64,000 nucleotides of DNA from Candidatus Bathyarchaeota archaeon (GCA_963827165.1 CAWGZR010000003.1:246532-310531); one strand, 5' to 3'. Numbered from the stretch's first letter, positions 1 to 10,912 are shown. Translations and numbers: made by a program. The notes: generated by a model not told the origin, from the letters alone.

Positions 1-280
1 CCGACAGGTTTTGTTTGGCTGAGGAAATTTTAGCCTTCACTTCGTGGGCTTGTTGAAGCATTCTTTCCGCAGTTTCCTTTAGCGTTATTCCAGCAGCAGT
101 GAGTTCCACTCCGTTGGCCGCTCGCTTGAATAATTCAGCGTCAAAATATTCCTCTAACACCGCCACGTGGTGGCTTATTGTGCCTTGGCTTGTTCCAAGT
201 TCCTTAGCGGCTGCTGAGAAGCTACGGGTTCTTGCCACAGTGAGGAATGTTCGGAGGTAATCGAGCCTGATTGTTTCCAT
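1..280 (-). CDS. LysR-family transcriptional regulator (5' part only; runs off window start)
   Basis: Manual translation from ATG at 280: METIRLDYLRTFLTVARTRSFSAAAKELGTSQGTISHHVAVLEEYFDAELFKR, a classic LysR HTH; divergent from the DsrE/TusA/SelD cluster. Confidence 0.9.
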   Translation of the reverse strand, partial: METIRLDYLRTFLTVARTRSFSAAAKELGTSQGTISHHVAVLEEYFDAELFKRAANGVELTAAGITLKETAERMLQQAHEVKAKISSAKQNLS

Positions 281-397
281 TGATGAAGTGTGCCTTCTGT
301 TAGTTGTTTAACTGATGTTGGCTATTTGTTTTTTGTTTAGAAAAACCTTATATCAGTTTTTTTAATAATCAATATTAGGTTATTTGAGGCTGAAAAC

Positions 398-748
398 ATG
401 GCAACATTCACCCTGATAATATATGAGGCACCTTACGCAAAGGAACGAGCTCTATCCGCACTTCGATTCGCATGGACATGCGACATTGAAGGGCACAAAG
501 TAAGAATCTGGCTCTTCGAAAACGGCGTTTACCTGGCAAAAAAAGGCCAAAAACCTGCCCAAGGATTAACCAACTACGGCCAAATGCTGGAGGATTTAAT
601 GAAGGGCGGTGCCGAAGTGAAAGCCTGTGTAGTTTGCGTTGATGCTCGCGGCTTAACCCAAGCTGACCTTATTGACGGGGTCAAAATTGCGACTGTTCAT
701 GAGCTTGTTGAATGGACTGTTAACAGTGACAAAGTAATAACGTTCTAG
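398..748 (+). CDS. DsrE/DsrF-like sulfur relay protein
   Basis: APY...A.RFA, WLFENGVY, ACVVCVDARG motifs; 116 aa. Confidence 0.88.
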   Translation: MATFTLIIYEAPYAKERALSALRFAWTCDIEGHKVRIWLFENGVYLAKKGQKPAQGLTNYGQMLEDLMKGGAEVKACVVCVDARGLTQADLIDGVKIATVHELVEWTVNSDKVITF

Positions 749-757
749 TGGCAGCGT

Positions 758-985
758 TTGGTAACCGAAAAGTTAGATGTAAAAGGAAAAATGTGTCCCA
801 TGCCAGTGGCGTTTACTAAGCGCAAGCTGGAAACCATGTTTTCTGGACAGCTACTTGAGGTTGTTGGGGAAGGAGAGTTAGAGTTTGATAATGTTCAGCG
901 TTGGGTTAGGAATAACGGGCATGAGGTTGTTGAAGCCTCCAAGTCTGGGGCTGAGTTTAGGGTTTTAATCAAGAAACACGGATAG
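758..985 (+). CDS. TusA/SirA-family sulfurtransferase
   Basis: LDVKGKMCPMP (CPxP) motif; 75 aa. Confidence 0.9.
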   Translation: MVTEKLDVKGKMCPMPVAFTKRKLETMFSGQLLEVVGEGELEFDNVQRWVRNNGHEVVEASKSGAEFRVLIKKHG

Positions 986-1056
986 CCATCAATTTTTTTA
1001 ATATTTGTTATCAGAAAAATTAATAATGCTGCTCGAATAACATTCCACATCGGTGT

Positions 1057-2352
1057 GTGAAAACAATGGCAGAAAAATACGTCGAAATGTGGAAAAGTTT
1101 AGGAATGGATCTTGAAAGACACGACCAACTTCTAAAAGGTTTAGGACAGTACTACACCAGCGCAGTCATGTCCCAAAAAAACAGGCCTAAAAAAATGGAT
1201 TACTTCGATTTTGTGGTCTCCGAAGTCCACGGCCTGAGAATCAAAGAACTCAATGACCTCAGAGCAAAGGGAAAAAAAGTAGTCGGTGCTTTTTGCATTT
1301 ATGCCCCTGAAGAAATAGCTTATGCGGCAGATGCCACAATGGTCGGTTTGTGCGCGGGTGCAGACTTCTCAGTCCCAGACGCAGAAGCGGTTCTACCCAG
1401 AAACCTATGTCCTCTAATCAAGTCATTTTACGGATTCAAATTAAACCGGACCTGTCCCTACTTTCAATCCAGTGACCTAGTAGTCGGAGAGACAACATGC
1501 GACGGCAAAAAGAAAGTCTACGAGTTACTTAACGAGCTTGTACCAACCTACGTGCTGGAAGTCCCCCACAAACCCGACACCAAACAAGGAAAAGAGGTCT
1601 GGTTTAAAGAATTAGAAGCCTTCAAAACCGAGATTGAAAAGCTCACAGGCAACAGGATAACAGCTCAGAAACTAAAAGAAGCTATTGAACTAATAAACGG
1701 CAAACGCAGAGCCCTAAAGCGCCTGTCGGACTTGCGCGCAAATTCACCCTCACCAATCAGCGGTTTAGACGGCTTACTTATTGACCAGATAGGCTTCATG
1801 GACGACGTCAAACGGTTCACCGCAAAAGTAAACGAGCTTTGTGACGAACTGGACCGACGCGTAAAAGAAGGCAAAGGCGTCGCAAGCAAGGATGCCCCGA
1901 GAATAATGATTTCGGGTTCTCCAATGGCGGTTCCTAACTGGAAAGTTCACAGTATCGCCGAGTCACTTGGAGCTACAGTGGTTACTGAAGAAAGCTGCGT
2001 CGGAACAAGATACTTCACTGACCTGGTAGAACCGAAGGGTGAAAGCTTGAATGATTTGCTTTGGGCCATAGACGAAAAATACGCGATGATACCGTGCGCC
2101 TGCTTCACACCAAACAATAGACGCGTAGAAAGCATTACCCAACTTGCCAAGCAATTCAACGTAGAAGGCGTCATCTACTATACATTGCAAAACTGCCACG
2201 ACTACAACGTCGAAGGCGTAAAAATAGACCGAGTACTAAAAGCAAAAGGTTTGCCTATGCTAAAAATTGAAACCGACTACACAATGGGCGATTCAGAGCA
2301 AATCAAAACCAGAATAGAAGCTTTCATGGAAATAATAGCGGCGAAAAGGTAA
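1057..2352 (+). CDS. Double-cubane cluster protein / 2-hydroxyacyl-CoA dehydratase D-component family
   Basis: Eight Cys in family contexts (GAFC, GLCAG, NLCPLIK, TTCDGKKK, EESCVG, PCAC, NCHDY); C-terminal IETDY...TRIEAF. Confidence 0.85.
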   Translation: MKTMAEKYVEMWKSLGMDLERHDQLLKGLGQYYTSAVMSQKNRPKKMDYFDFVVSEVHGLRIKELNDLRAKGKKVVGAFCIYAPEEIAYAADATMVGLCAGADFSVPDAEAVLPRNLCPLIKSFYGFKLNRTCPYFQSSDLVVGETTCDGKKKVYELLNELVPTYVLEVPHKPDTKQGKEVWFKELEAFKTEIEKLTGNRITAQKLKEAIELINGKRRALKRLSDLRANSPSPISGLDGLLIDQIGFMDDVKRFTAKVNELCDELDRRVKEGKGVASKDAPRIMISGSPMAVPNWKVHSIAESLGATVVTEESCVGTRYFTDLVEPKGESLNDLLWAIDEKYAMIPCACFTPNNRRVESITQLAKQFNVEGVIYYTLQNCHDYNVEGVKIDRVLKAKGLPMLKIETDYTMGDSEQIKTRIEAFMEIIAAKR

Positions 2353-2451
2353 AACGCCTTTTCATTTTTTTCCTTTTTAAATATTTTTTAATTACCGAAT
2401 CTAAAATATCAATGGCGCATAAAATTAAATCAAGGGCAGGAGAAAACACAC

Positions 2452-3471
2452 ATGTCTTACAGGTTAACTAAAGTTGTTCCAGTTCACGGTTGCAGCTGCA
2501 AGCTTCCGCAGTATCAACTGGGCAGATTGCTCGATGAGGCGGGGTTGTCAGGTGACCTAGGCGAGGCTGTACTGGCGGGTCCATGGGAAAACTCCAGCGT
2601 CGTGAAAATTGCCGAGGGCATCGCGGTTCTAAACACTTTGGATTTTTTCACACCTATGGTTGATGAACCCGAAATTCAAGGCAGAATCGCAGGCAGCAAC
2701 GTGACTAGCGACATTTACGCTTTAGCAGTAACAGACATTGTTAGTGTTTTGTCAATTATGGCGTTTCCTGAAAACATGCCTGACGAACTCGCAGTTGGCA
2801 TGCTGAAAGGGTTTGGCGACTTCTGCCGTGAAATGGGCGCCCCAGTTGTTGGCGGACACACGATTCGGAACCCTTGGCCAATCATCGGCGGAGCAGCAAC
2901 GGGTGTGGGTGACCCAGATAAGATTGTTTACACCAAGGGCGCAAGAGATGGTGACCTTTTGTTCTTGACAAAGCCTCTTGGGATTGCTCCTGCAATGGCT
3001 GCGTATAGGCTAAGAAAAGAAGACGAAGGAAAAGAATTACTCCAAGAAATCCCCAATGAGCTGGTTGAAGCGGCAGTTGATGAAGCAATCGAGGGAATGA
3101 TCAGTTCCAATAAGCCTGTTGCCGAAGCCATGCAGAAAGTTCCAGTTCACGCGGCAACTGACGTAACGGGTTTCGGACTTGTAGGTCACGCGGGAAACAT
3201 GGCTGTGCTGGGCAAAGTTGACATCGTGATTAACCAGATAGCAGTGATCCGTGGGACACCTGTTCTTGCGGACCTTTTCGGATATCCGTTGTTGACTGGT
3301 GAAGCGAAGGAAACTGCAGGCGGAATGCTGATTGCCTTGGCCAAAGAAGACGCAGATGACCTGCTAAACGAGTTGGATAAGCGTGGCGTTCGGCATTTTG
3401 AGGTTGGCTACGTGACTAAGGGAAACGGCAACGTGAACGTTCTGAAAAGCGCGAAAGTGACCGAGGCATAG
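2452..3471 (+). CDS. selD: Selenophosphate synthetase (Cys form)
   Basis: HGCSCKL N-terminal motif, LDFFTPMVD, GGHT, TKPLG, TDVTGFGL, ETAGG. Confidence 0.92.
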   Translation: MSYRLTKVVPVHGCSCKLPQYQLGRLLDEAGLSGDLGEAVLAGPWENSSVVKIAEGIAVLNTLDFFTPMVDEPEIQGRIAGSNVTSDIYALAVTDIVSVLSIMAFPENMPDELAVGMLKGFGDFCREMGAPVVGGHTIRNPWPIIGGAATGVGDPDKIVYTKGARDGDLLFLTKPLGIAPAMAAYRLRKEDEGKELLQEIPNELVEAAVDEAIEGMISSNKPVAEAMQKVPVHAATDVTGFGLVGHAGNMAVLGKVDIVINQIAVIRGTPVLADLFGYPLLTGEAKETAGGMLIALAKEDADDLLNELDKRGVRHFEVGYVTKGNGNVNVLKSAKVTEA

Positions 3472-3602
3472 AGTAGGCGAAGCGTTCAGCAAGCAGAAGC
3501 AGGTATGCACGCGGGTAGTGGCGGGCAAGTATTGCAATTTTTTTTTGCAGGTGACCTTCGCGCAATATATATTGGTTAAGAAGCGTACTAAATCTAATCA
3601 TC

Positions 3603-4658
3603 TTGCGTTTATGTGAGGGAAAACACTTGGAACGGGAAAGAAAAATCATGTCTGCCGGCAAATCGTCACTCGTAGTCTCACTTCCCAAAGAATGGATGCA
3701 GCTAAACGAACTGAAAAAAGGCGACACAGTCTCATTCAACATTCAGCGGGACCGCTCGTTGGTGGTCTACCCAAGCACCAGCAGAAAAGCCGTTCCCAAA
3801 GAGATAACGCTAAGCGTAGGTCACGGCGACGAGGAAATCCTGATTTCCCAAAAAATTTTGGGGGCTTTTCTGAACGGATACACGGAAATTATGCTGACAT
3901 CGGAGAGCATTTTCACTGTTCCCCAAACCAAAGCGATCCGCGCTATGGCTGGAAGGCTTTACATGAGAGTCATGGAGGCTGACCCGAAATGCGTGTATAT
4001 CCAAAACTTGATTGACGAGTCGAAGGCGTCGTTGGATCAGGCGACGCAACGCATGCACATGATTTCGCGTTCAATGTGTGAGGGAGCCATAAATGCGTTG
4101 AAAAACGGTGACGTAGCATTAGCAAGGTCGGTTTTTTCGCTCGACGATGACGTTGACCACTTCGCCTTCTTTATACTTAGGATTTTGCGCAACGCCGCGC
4201 AGGACCCCGTGCTTGCCAACGAGATACATGTTGACCCATTAGACTGCATGGATCATCAAACGCTTGTTTACCGGATGGAATACGCCGCAGACTATGCCGC
4301 AGATATCGCTAGGCATCTTGTCATGCTTAGCGGGACGCATCAAAAGATACCTGACGACGTTTTGGCGCTAATGATCGATGGCGGAACAGAAGCTGCAGAC
4401 CTCTACGTTAAAGCAGTAGAAGCGTATTTCGCGAAAGACGTGTCTGCCGCAGTCGAAATAATGAAGCATGAGTCAAGAATGGACAGGCTTGAAGTTGAAA
4501 TAGCCTCCAAAGCATTCACTGGAACACAAAAAAGCGCAGAGCTCGTTTGCGCCATCTGCTCTATACGCGACAACATAAAGAGGATTTCACATTGCGCCTT
4601 CAGCATCGCTGAAATCGCAGTTAACCGAGCATTTAAGATGGTTAATCCCGACGCGTAA
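3603..4658 (+). CDS. Archaeal PhoU-type regulator with N-terminal AbrB domain (true start may be slightly downstream)
   Basis: RKIMSAGKSSLVVSLPKEW AbrB domain plus PhoU repeats (DDDVD, EYAADYAADI). Confidence 0.85.
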   Translation: MRLCEGKHLERERKIMSAGKSSLVVSLPKEWMQLNELKKGDTVSFNIQRDRSLVVYPSTSRKAVPKEITLSVGHGDEEILISQKILGAFLNGYTEIMLTSESIFTVPQTKAIRAMAGRLYMRVMEADPKCVYIQNLIDESKASLDQATQRMHMISRSMCEGAINALKNGDVALARSVFSLDDDVDHFAFFILRILRNAAQDPVLANEIHVDPLDCMDHQTLVYRMEYAADYAADIARHLVMLSGTHQKIPDDVLALMIDGGTEAADLYVKAVEAYFAKDVSAAVEIMKHESRMDRLEVEIASKAFTGTQKSAELVCAICSIRDNIKRISHCAFSIAEIAVNRAFKMVNPDA

Positions 4659-6138
4659 GCGACGGCTTGGACGTTGCTTTGGCACCTAAAGCACCAATCA
4701 GCATATCCGTCTTGTCTATGCCTGTTCCGCTGAGGTAGCTGTGTATGCCCCTGGCAGCTATTTTCCCTGAACTCATGGCGCTTATGACCGTGGCTTCTCC
4801 CGTTGCTATGTCTCCGCCAGCGTAAACCGCTTCCACACTGGTTTTTCCCGTCTGAGGGTCAATCGCTATAATGCCGCCGGCTAAGGTTTTGAGACCTTTT
4901 GTAGTTCCCTGAATTATCGGGTTTGGCGTGCGTCCAATGGCAACAATCACCGTATCCGCATCCATCATTGCCGTGGACCCCTTGATTGGGACGACTTTGC
5001 GTCTGCCTGCCGCATCAGGATCGCCAAGCTCCATCGAAACGTACTCCATACCCTTAACTTTGCCCTGCTCGTCGCCAACAAATCGTGTGGGCGCAACCAG
5101 AAACTTAAATGCGATTCCTTCTTCTTGCGCGTTTGAAATCTCCTCTCTGCGCGCAGGCATTTCGTCTCTTGACCGTCTATATGCAATAGTGACGGTTTTG
5201 ACGCCAAGCCGCAGTGCACACCGTGCGGAATCTAAAGCGACGTTACCGCCGCCGATTACCAGCACGTTCTTGCCTATGTGTATGGGAGTCTTGAACTCGG
5301 GGAAGTTATACGATTTCATCAGGTTAACCCGAATCAGAAACTCGTTTGCAGAGTAAATACCGCTCAAGTTTTCACCTTCAACGCAGAGAAACTTGGGTAG
5401 TCCCGCACCCGTGGCCACAAAAACCGCGTCGAACCCAATCGTAAGCAGCTCCTCAACCGTATGCAATCTACCTATCAAGGCATCCGCGTGTAATTCTACG
5501 CCAAGTTTTTCGACATAATCCACCTCCGCCTGAACGATTTGCTTTGGCAACCGAAACTCGGGAATCCCGTAAACCAACACTCCACCTGCAACATGAAGCG
5601 CTTCGTAAACTACTACCTTGTAGCCCAGCTTAGCTAAGTCAGCGGCAGTGGTTAAGCCGGAGGGTCCAGCACCCACTACGGCTACGCGTTTGCCGTTCAA
5701 AGATTCCACGACATGAACATCGACGCCTTTTGCCAACTCGAAGTCAGCGGCAAACCGCTCCAAACGACCGACAGAAACAGGTTCACCCTTCTTGCCCAAC
5801 ACGCAGTGCTTTTGACATTGCTCTTCCTGAGGGCAAACCCTGCCGCAGATAGCGGGCAAGCTGTTTCTCTCTTTAATCTTGAAAATTGCTTCCTGATACT
5901 TACGTTGTTTAATTAGCGAAATGAAGCCTGGAATGTCGACGCCTACCGGGCAGCCCTTTTTGCATTGGGGTTGTGGGCAGGTAAGGCATCTGGATGCTTC
6001 CGCTAAAGCCTCTTTCTCCGAATACCCTAATTCGACTTCTAAGAAGTTATTTGTTCGAGCTGATGCATCCTGTTTCGCAATCGGAACTGCTTTCAATCGA
6101 CCCGGAAAATTGTTCATGCCAGCTACTTGTTGTGACAT
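4642..6138 (-). CDS. nfnB: NADPH-dependent oxidoreductase large subunit (NfnB/SudA/GltA-like)
   Basis: EASRCLTC, CPV, ICGRVCPQE, GAGPSG, YGIPEFRL, GGGNVA. Confidence 0.88.
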   Translation of the reverse strand: MSQQVAGMNNFPGRLKAVPIAKQDASARTNNFLEVELGYSEKEALAEASRCLTCPQPQCKKGCPVGVDIPGFISLIKQRKYQEAIFKIKERNSLPAICGRVCPQEEQCQKHCVLGKKGEPVSVGRLERFAADFELAKGVDVHVVESLNGKRVAVVGAGPSGLTTAADLAKLGYKVVVYEALHVAGGVLVYGIPEFRLPKQIVQAEVDYVEKLGVELHADALIGRLHTVEELLTIGFDAVFVATGAGLPKFLCVEGENLSGIYSANEFLIRVNLMKSYNFPEFKTPIHIGKNVLVIGGGNVALDSARCALRLGVKTVTIAYRRSRDEMPARREEISNAQEEGIAFKFLVAPTRFVGDEQGKVKGMEYVSMELGDPDAAGRRKVVPIKGSTAMMDADTVIVAIGRTPNPIIQGTTKGLKTLAGGIIAIDPQTGKTSVEAVYAGGDIATGEATVISAMSSGKIAARGIHSYLSGTGIDKTDMLIGALGAKATSKPSLTRRD

Positions 6139-6998
6139 GTGCAGTCTCTCCCAAAATTCTCTGTGATCTGACTGGTCAGTTTCTCTTCGTTTGAGTAGCT
6201 TCTAAGCCGCATCACCAATTCTTTGAAGTTGACTTGGTGAGCATCGAATTCGGGTCCTTCAACGCATGCAAACCGAACTTTGTCGGCGACTGAAACTCGG
6301 CATGCGCCGCACATCCCCATGCCATCCACCATAATCGGGTTCAAACTGACAATAGTTTTTATTTTATGGGGGCGTGTGGCTTCGGATACCGCATTCATCA
6401 TCATTGGAGGCCCTACTGCATAAACAACATTGAAAGGTGATGTTCCTTGAGTTATCTGCGTCTTAAGTACTTCCGTGACTAAGCCCGTCTGTCCTTTTGA
6501 ACCGTCGTCAGTGGCGATGTAAAACTCGTCAGAGACCTGTTTCATTTCATTTTCCAAGATGAGCAGGTCTTTGTTTCTCGCACCCATAATGGTTACAACG
6601 ATGTTGTTTGCTTCTTTCAAGGCTCTGGCTATTGGGTACGCAGCTGCTGTTCCGACCCCGCCACATACTACAGCAATTTTGCCGTAGTTTTTTATGTCGC
6701 TTGGGTTCCCTAAGGGTCCCGCTAAATTTTGTATTTCTTCGCCTTCCAGTAGTTTGCCTAGCTCGATTGTTGAGAATCCTACCTCTTGGAATACAAGCGT
6801 GATTGTGCCAGCGCCTTTGTCCCACGCGGCTATCGTTAAGGGTATTCTTTCACTGTTAGGGCGCGTTTTTAGAATTACAAATTGGCCTGCTTTGGCTTTT
6901 TGGGCGATGTCTGGTGCATATATTTTAAGCAGTTTTACTTGTGAGTTTAATTGTTGTTTTTGGGTTATTTTGTATTGTTGACTCGAGGTTTTTTGCAT
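6123..6998 (-). CDS. nfnA: FAD/NAD-binding [2Fe-2S] small subunit (NfnA/SudB-like)
   Basis: GQFVI, ERIPLT, GPLG, GGVG, MVDGMGMCGACRV, CVEGPEF. Confidence 0.88.
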   Translation of the reverse strand: MQKTSSQQYKITQKQQLNSQVKLLKIYAPDIAQKAKAGQFVILKTRPNSERIPLTIAAWDKGAGTITLVFQEVGFSTIELGKLLEGEEIQNLAGPLGNPSDIKNYGKIAVVCGGVGTAAAYPIARALKEANNIVVTIMGARNKDLLILENEMKQVSDEFYIATDDGSKGQTGLVTEVLKTQITQGTSPFNVVYAVGPPMMMNAVSEATRPHKIKTIVSLNPIMVDGMGMCGACRVSVADKVRFACVEGPEFDAHQVNFKELVMRLRSYSNEEKLTSQITENFGRDCTCHNK

Positions 6999-7029
6999 GC
7001 TCTTTCACCATTCCAACTATAAGTATTAC

Positions 7030-7052
7030 ACTTACACGTAATTACGATAAGT
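7030..7052. promoter_or_regulatory. Palindromic operator candidate between divergent nfnA and modE
   Basis: ACTTA-ca-CGTAATTACG-a-TAAGT near-perfect palindrome. Confidence 0.35.
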
Positions 7053-7165
7053 ACAAGTAATTAAGCGTTATGCACATGCAAGCACGTCGCAACGAACAAA
7101 AATTGCAAAAAAGGAACATTAAAGTTTAAGTGGACTCAACAAGTAAATAAAACCAGTGACAAATC

Positions 7166-7495
7166 TTGTGTGCCCTCAAATACGCAGTGAAACTTTGGAT
7201 GGTCAACGAGAAGAATGAATCAGTTTTCGGCGACGGCTTAGCTGAGCTTCTTGAAGAGATAACTAAATGTCATTCAATCTTGAAGGCTGCCGAAAATTTA
7301 GGGATGTCTTACCGATATGCATTGCACCGGATCACTCTGGCTGAGGGGCGCCTTGGGCAATTACTTGTAATTCGTGTTCGGGGCGGCGCGATGGGCGGCG
7401 GGTCTTCAGAGGTTACCGATTTAGGATTAGACTTGGTTGAGCGTTATAGGAATGCTCAAGCGAAGCTTGACGTGGAACTGAAAGAGATGCCCTAA
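7166..7495 (+). CDS. modE: ModE-like winged-helix molybdate regulator
   Basis: FGDG...LLE.I....SI..AA..LGMSYR...RGG..GGS pattern; upstream of modABC. Confidence 0.8.
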   Translation: MCALKYAVKLWMVNEKNESVFGDGLAELLEEITKCHSILKAAENLGMSYRYALHRITLAEGRLGQLLVIRVRGGAMGGGSSEVTDLGLDLVERYRNAQAKLDVELKEMP

Positions 7496-7631
7496 GTTAG
7501 TCGGGGCGCAGGCGAAACTTTCTAAAACATCTTGAGAATTTTTCGCTATTTTTATTCGTAGTTGTGTGCTGTTTGCAAGAAACCTTTATAAAAGCCGACT
7601 TTACTGACTGATAACATCGAGTACGATAAAA

Positions 7632-8660
7632 ATGAATACGAAATATCTCGCAATAGCATTAGTAATCATAATAATCGTAGGTTCAGCACTTGGATATTTG
7701 GCATACAACGGAACATTCTCACCTAGCTCCAAAGTCTCCCCAACGCCATCACCCGCACCAACAACATCGCCAACCCCTTCGATAGCGCCAACAGCCACGC
7801 CGACACACTCGCCCACAGCAAAACCCAGCGCAACGCCGACAGCTTCCCCTATAATTACGGCGTCTCCTTCACCAACACCGTCGCCATCCCCGTCACCCAC
7901 TTACGCGCCTTCAAGCTTGACAGTTTTCGCAGCCTCAAGCTTAACTAATGTCATCGCAAACATGACCGCTGCATTCCAAAACGAGTACAACGCCAAAATC
8001 ACAGTCAACTCTGGTTCATCAAGCACCCTCGAACAACAAATCGTTGCAGGATCACCATGCGACGTTTTCATGTCAGCAGACACTAAATGGACTAACGCTC
8101 TAAACAGCTCAGGTTTATTATTAAACAACAACGCAACAGCATTTACCTCAAACAGCCTCTGCGTAATCCTTCCACCAGGCAACCCCGCGGGAATTACATC
8201 ACTGGCGGATCTTGCTAAACCAGGCATAACGACTAGTTGTAGCAGCAACCAGCGTACCAGTAGGCTCATACACAAACACAACCGTATGGAAAATTGACTC
8301 AACATGGGGCAACTCAAGTAGCCCTCTCTACCAAGGCACTGCTTACCAAAATTACAACGCCAGCTTCTACGCTAACGTTAAATCCTATGAAACTTCCGAT
8401 TCAAACATCGTAGGAGACGTCGGTCTAAACGTAGGCCAATTTGACGCTGGAATAGTGTTTGTCTCCGACTGGTCATACGCCAACTTGACAGGCTCAGGAG
8501 TTCAATTCATGGCAATACCTTCAGCTGTGAACACTTAGGCAACTACGGCATAGCTGTAGTCAGCGAAACAAACAACGCGAACATAGCTCAGATATTCATG
8601 AATTACTGGAGCACAACTGACGGACAAAACCTGTTAAAGGAATTCGGGTTCGGACAATAA
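7632..8660 (+). CDS. modA: Molybdate/tungstate ABC substrate-binding protein with TM anchor and Pro/Thr/Ser linker; two compensating frameshifts (~8229, ~8536)
   Basis: VFAASSL, GSSSTL.QQI..G...DVFMSAD; continues in a shifted frame as RLVVAATSVPVGSY...DAGIVFVSD, then returns to the original frame GNYGIAVV...GQNLLKEFGF to TAA 8660. Confidence 0.85.
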
Positions 8661-8720
8661 AAGTGCGTATATTAAGCGCTTGCCCAACCTTTTTTTATAT
8701 AGTCAATCGGTGCGAAAATA

Positions 8721-9539
8721 TTGAAACACACATTTGCTAAATCGTTACCGGACAAGATTATAATTGCAATTTTGATTCTCATAGTGATAACATACTTTCT
8801 TTTTGTAGTTTTACCAATAGTAGCGATTTTCTTAAGAATCGAGCCCAGCCAAGTAAATGCACAGTTGCACAACGGCGCAATCATAGAAGCCATAGAACTT
8901 AGCCTTTATACGTCGGGAATATCCGCTTTAATTGCGTTGGTCTTAGGGGTGCCGACTGCTTATGTCATGGCAACACGAAATTTCCCTGGAAAAGCAATCA
9001 TTGACACTCTGATAGATTTGCCCATAGTTTTGCCGCCTGCAGTCGCAGGTGTAGCATTGTTATACGCTTTCGCACCAAAAGGTCTCTTAGGCCCAATATT
9101 CAAGCACTTTGGATACATTCTGCCTGGGAGCACAGTAGCTGTAATCATCGCGGAAACTTTTGTGGCGTCCCCGTTTCTTTTGCGCTCTGCCAAAACGGGT
9201 TTTGAAGCCATGGATAAAGACGTTATTAACAGCGCTAAAATGTTAAGTGGTTCGCGTCTTAGAGTATTCTTCACTGTCACATTGCCCTTGTCCATGCGAG
9301 CGATAATTTCGGGGGCTATGATGACTTGGGCGAGAGCATTAGGCGAATTTGGAGCAACACTAATGTTCGCAGGAAACTTACCAGGCATTACCCAAACAAT
9401 GCCGTTGGCAATCTATGTGTTCTTATATTCAGACCCTTTGGCAGGTGTCATGCTATCCATAATCCTAATAATTATCGCGTTTGCAGTCCTTATCACGATC
9501 AAGCTTCTTGAGCAAAAGAAGTTCGGAGCCAAAAAATGA
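8721..9539 (+). CDS. modB: Molybdate ABC permease
   Basis: DLPIVLPPAVAG, WARALGEFGAT, TQTMPLAIY. Confidence 0.92.
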   Translation: MKHTFAKSLPDKIIIAILILIVITYFLFVVLPIVAIFLRIEPSQVNAQLHNGAIIEAIELSLYTSGISALIALVLGVPTAYVMATRNFPGKAIIDTLIDLPIVLPPAVAGVALLYAFAPKGLLGPIFKHFGYILPGSTVAVIIAETFVASPFLLRSAKTGFEAMDKDVINSAKMLSGSRLRVFFTVTLPLSMRAIISGAMMTWARALGEFGATLMFAGNLPGITQTMPLAIYVFLYSDPLAGVMLSIILIIIAFAVLITIKLLEQKKFGAKK

Positions 9540-10643
9540 TAAAGATCAATTCAATTTCAAAATCATTTAAAAAGAAAAATGTTTTGGAAAACCTCAGTCT
9601 CGAAGTTAAAGACAAGGAAATCTTGTCACTTCTTGGCCCGAACGGATGTGGAAAAACAACGCTGCTAAACATACTCTCTGGCTTAACCAGACAAGACGAA
9701 GGCGACGTTTTCATTAACAATGTCTTAGTTAGCGGGAAAACGGGCGCAAAAAAAGTCCAGCTTAAACCGTCGGAGCGAAAAGTCGGCTATGTCTTTCAAA
9801 CAGTATCCCTTTTTCCGCACATGCGCGTTCAAGACAACGTGGCATACGGGTTAAAGGCGCTGCATCTACCCAGACGGGAAGTTAGAAAAAGAACCGAATA
9901 CCTACTGGATTTTGTAGGGCTTCGCGAATATGCAAAGTTTTATCCCAGCCAACTAAGCGGAGGCCAAAAACAGCGGATTGCTTTGGCGCGGTCTTTGGCA
10001 ACTGAACCCCAAGTTCTACTTTTGGATGAACCTGTATCCGCTGTGGATCCTCAACTGAGGGAATCTTTTAGGTTGGAACTCAAGAACTATTTGCAGGCAT
10101 TAAAAATCACCGCAGTTTATGTAACGCACAATCTGACCGAAGCATTCGTTATGTCGGACAGGATAGCTGTAATGGGGAACGGGCATATTGAGCAAATTGG
10201 CAACCGAACAGAGATTTTTGATAAGCCAAGTTCATCGTATGTTGCCAAGTTTCTCGGTATCAACACTTTCGAAGGGAAAGCTGTCAGAACCCGAGGCGGC
10301 TTCTTAGAAATTGAGGCGAACGGCACCTTAATGTTGGCATCTCAAGTGTCTAACATGGTCGGAAAAAATGTGATTGCCACCATTAAGCCCGAAGACATTA
10401 TGCTTTCAAAATCCGCTGACTGCAATTCCGCTCTGACTCCAAGCAACACTGTTGAAGGAGTGATATCTGAGATGGTTCAAATGAGATCAAACGCCCAAGT
10501 CACAGTGGATGCAGGCTTCTTGATTAAAACAAGAGTTTCTTTAAGTTCCATCAAGAAGTCTAGGGCTCAACATAGGCGACAAAGTATACGTGGTTTTCAG
10601 CCCTGATGCGTTGAACGTCTTTGAAGACAACAGCCGCGAATAA
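9536..10643 (+). CDS. modC: Molybdate ABC ATPase with TOBE domain; frameshift near 10556
   Basis: GPNGCGKT, LSGGQKQR, LLLDEP; alternate frame continues SLGLNIGDKVYVVFSPDALNVF to TAA 10643. Confidence 0.88.
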
Positions 10644-10912
10644 TGACTTCCGCGCGATGGTAAATTTCAGAAAAGAATATTATTTGGGTCTAAGGAGCAA
10701 GCAGAAACAACGCACTTCACTGAACTTTGAAGTTAAGGGTTACCGTCGCAGTGACAATGGTAATGCTCGTCTATATCTTCAGGTTCAGCGAATAAACCGA
10801 AGAAACTGAAAAGTTTGTACTTATTTTTCTTTCTGGCCATTATAGTTCCCTAATTTAAATGTAATGCAATGAATAATTTAAACATAGTTTCATTTTCTGC
10901 CCGAAATAAAGT

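Noticed and set aside
3496-3512. SECIS-like core (GAA-GCA-loop-TGC-A) just after selD
   Set aside because: The lower stem does not pair and selD has no in-frame UGA; a relic at best
7601-7900. Gly/Val/Asp-rich antisense ORF (similarly 39782-40225)
   Set aside because: Mirror of Pro/Thr/Ser linkers encoded on the opposite strand
8535-8538. TAG in modA as pyrrolysine or readthrough
   Set aside because: The downstream ModA sequence is in a different frame, so this is an indel rather than readthrough
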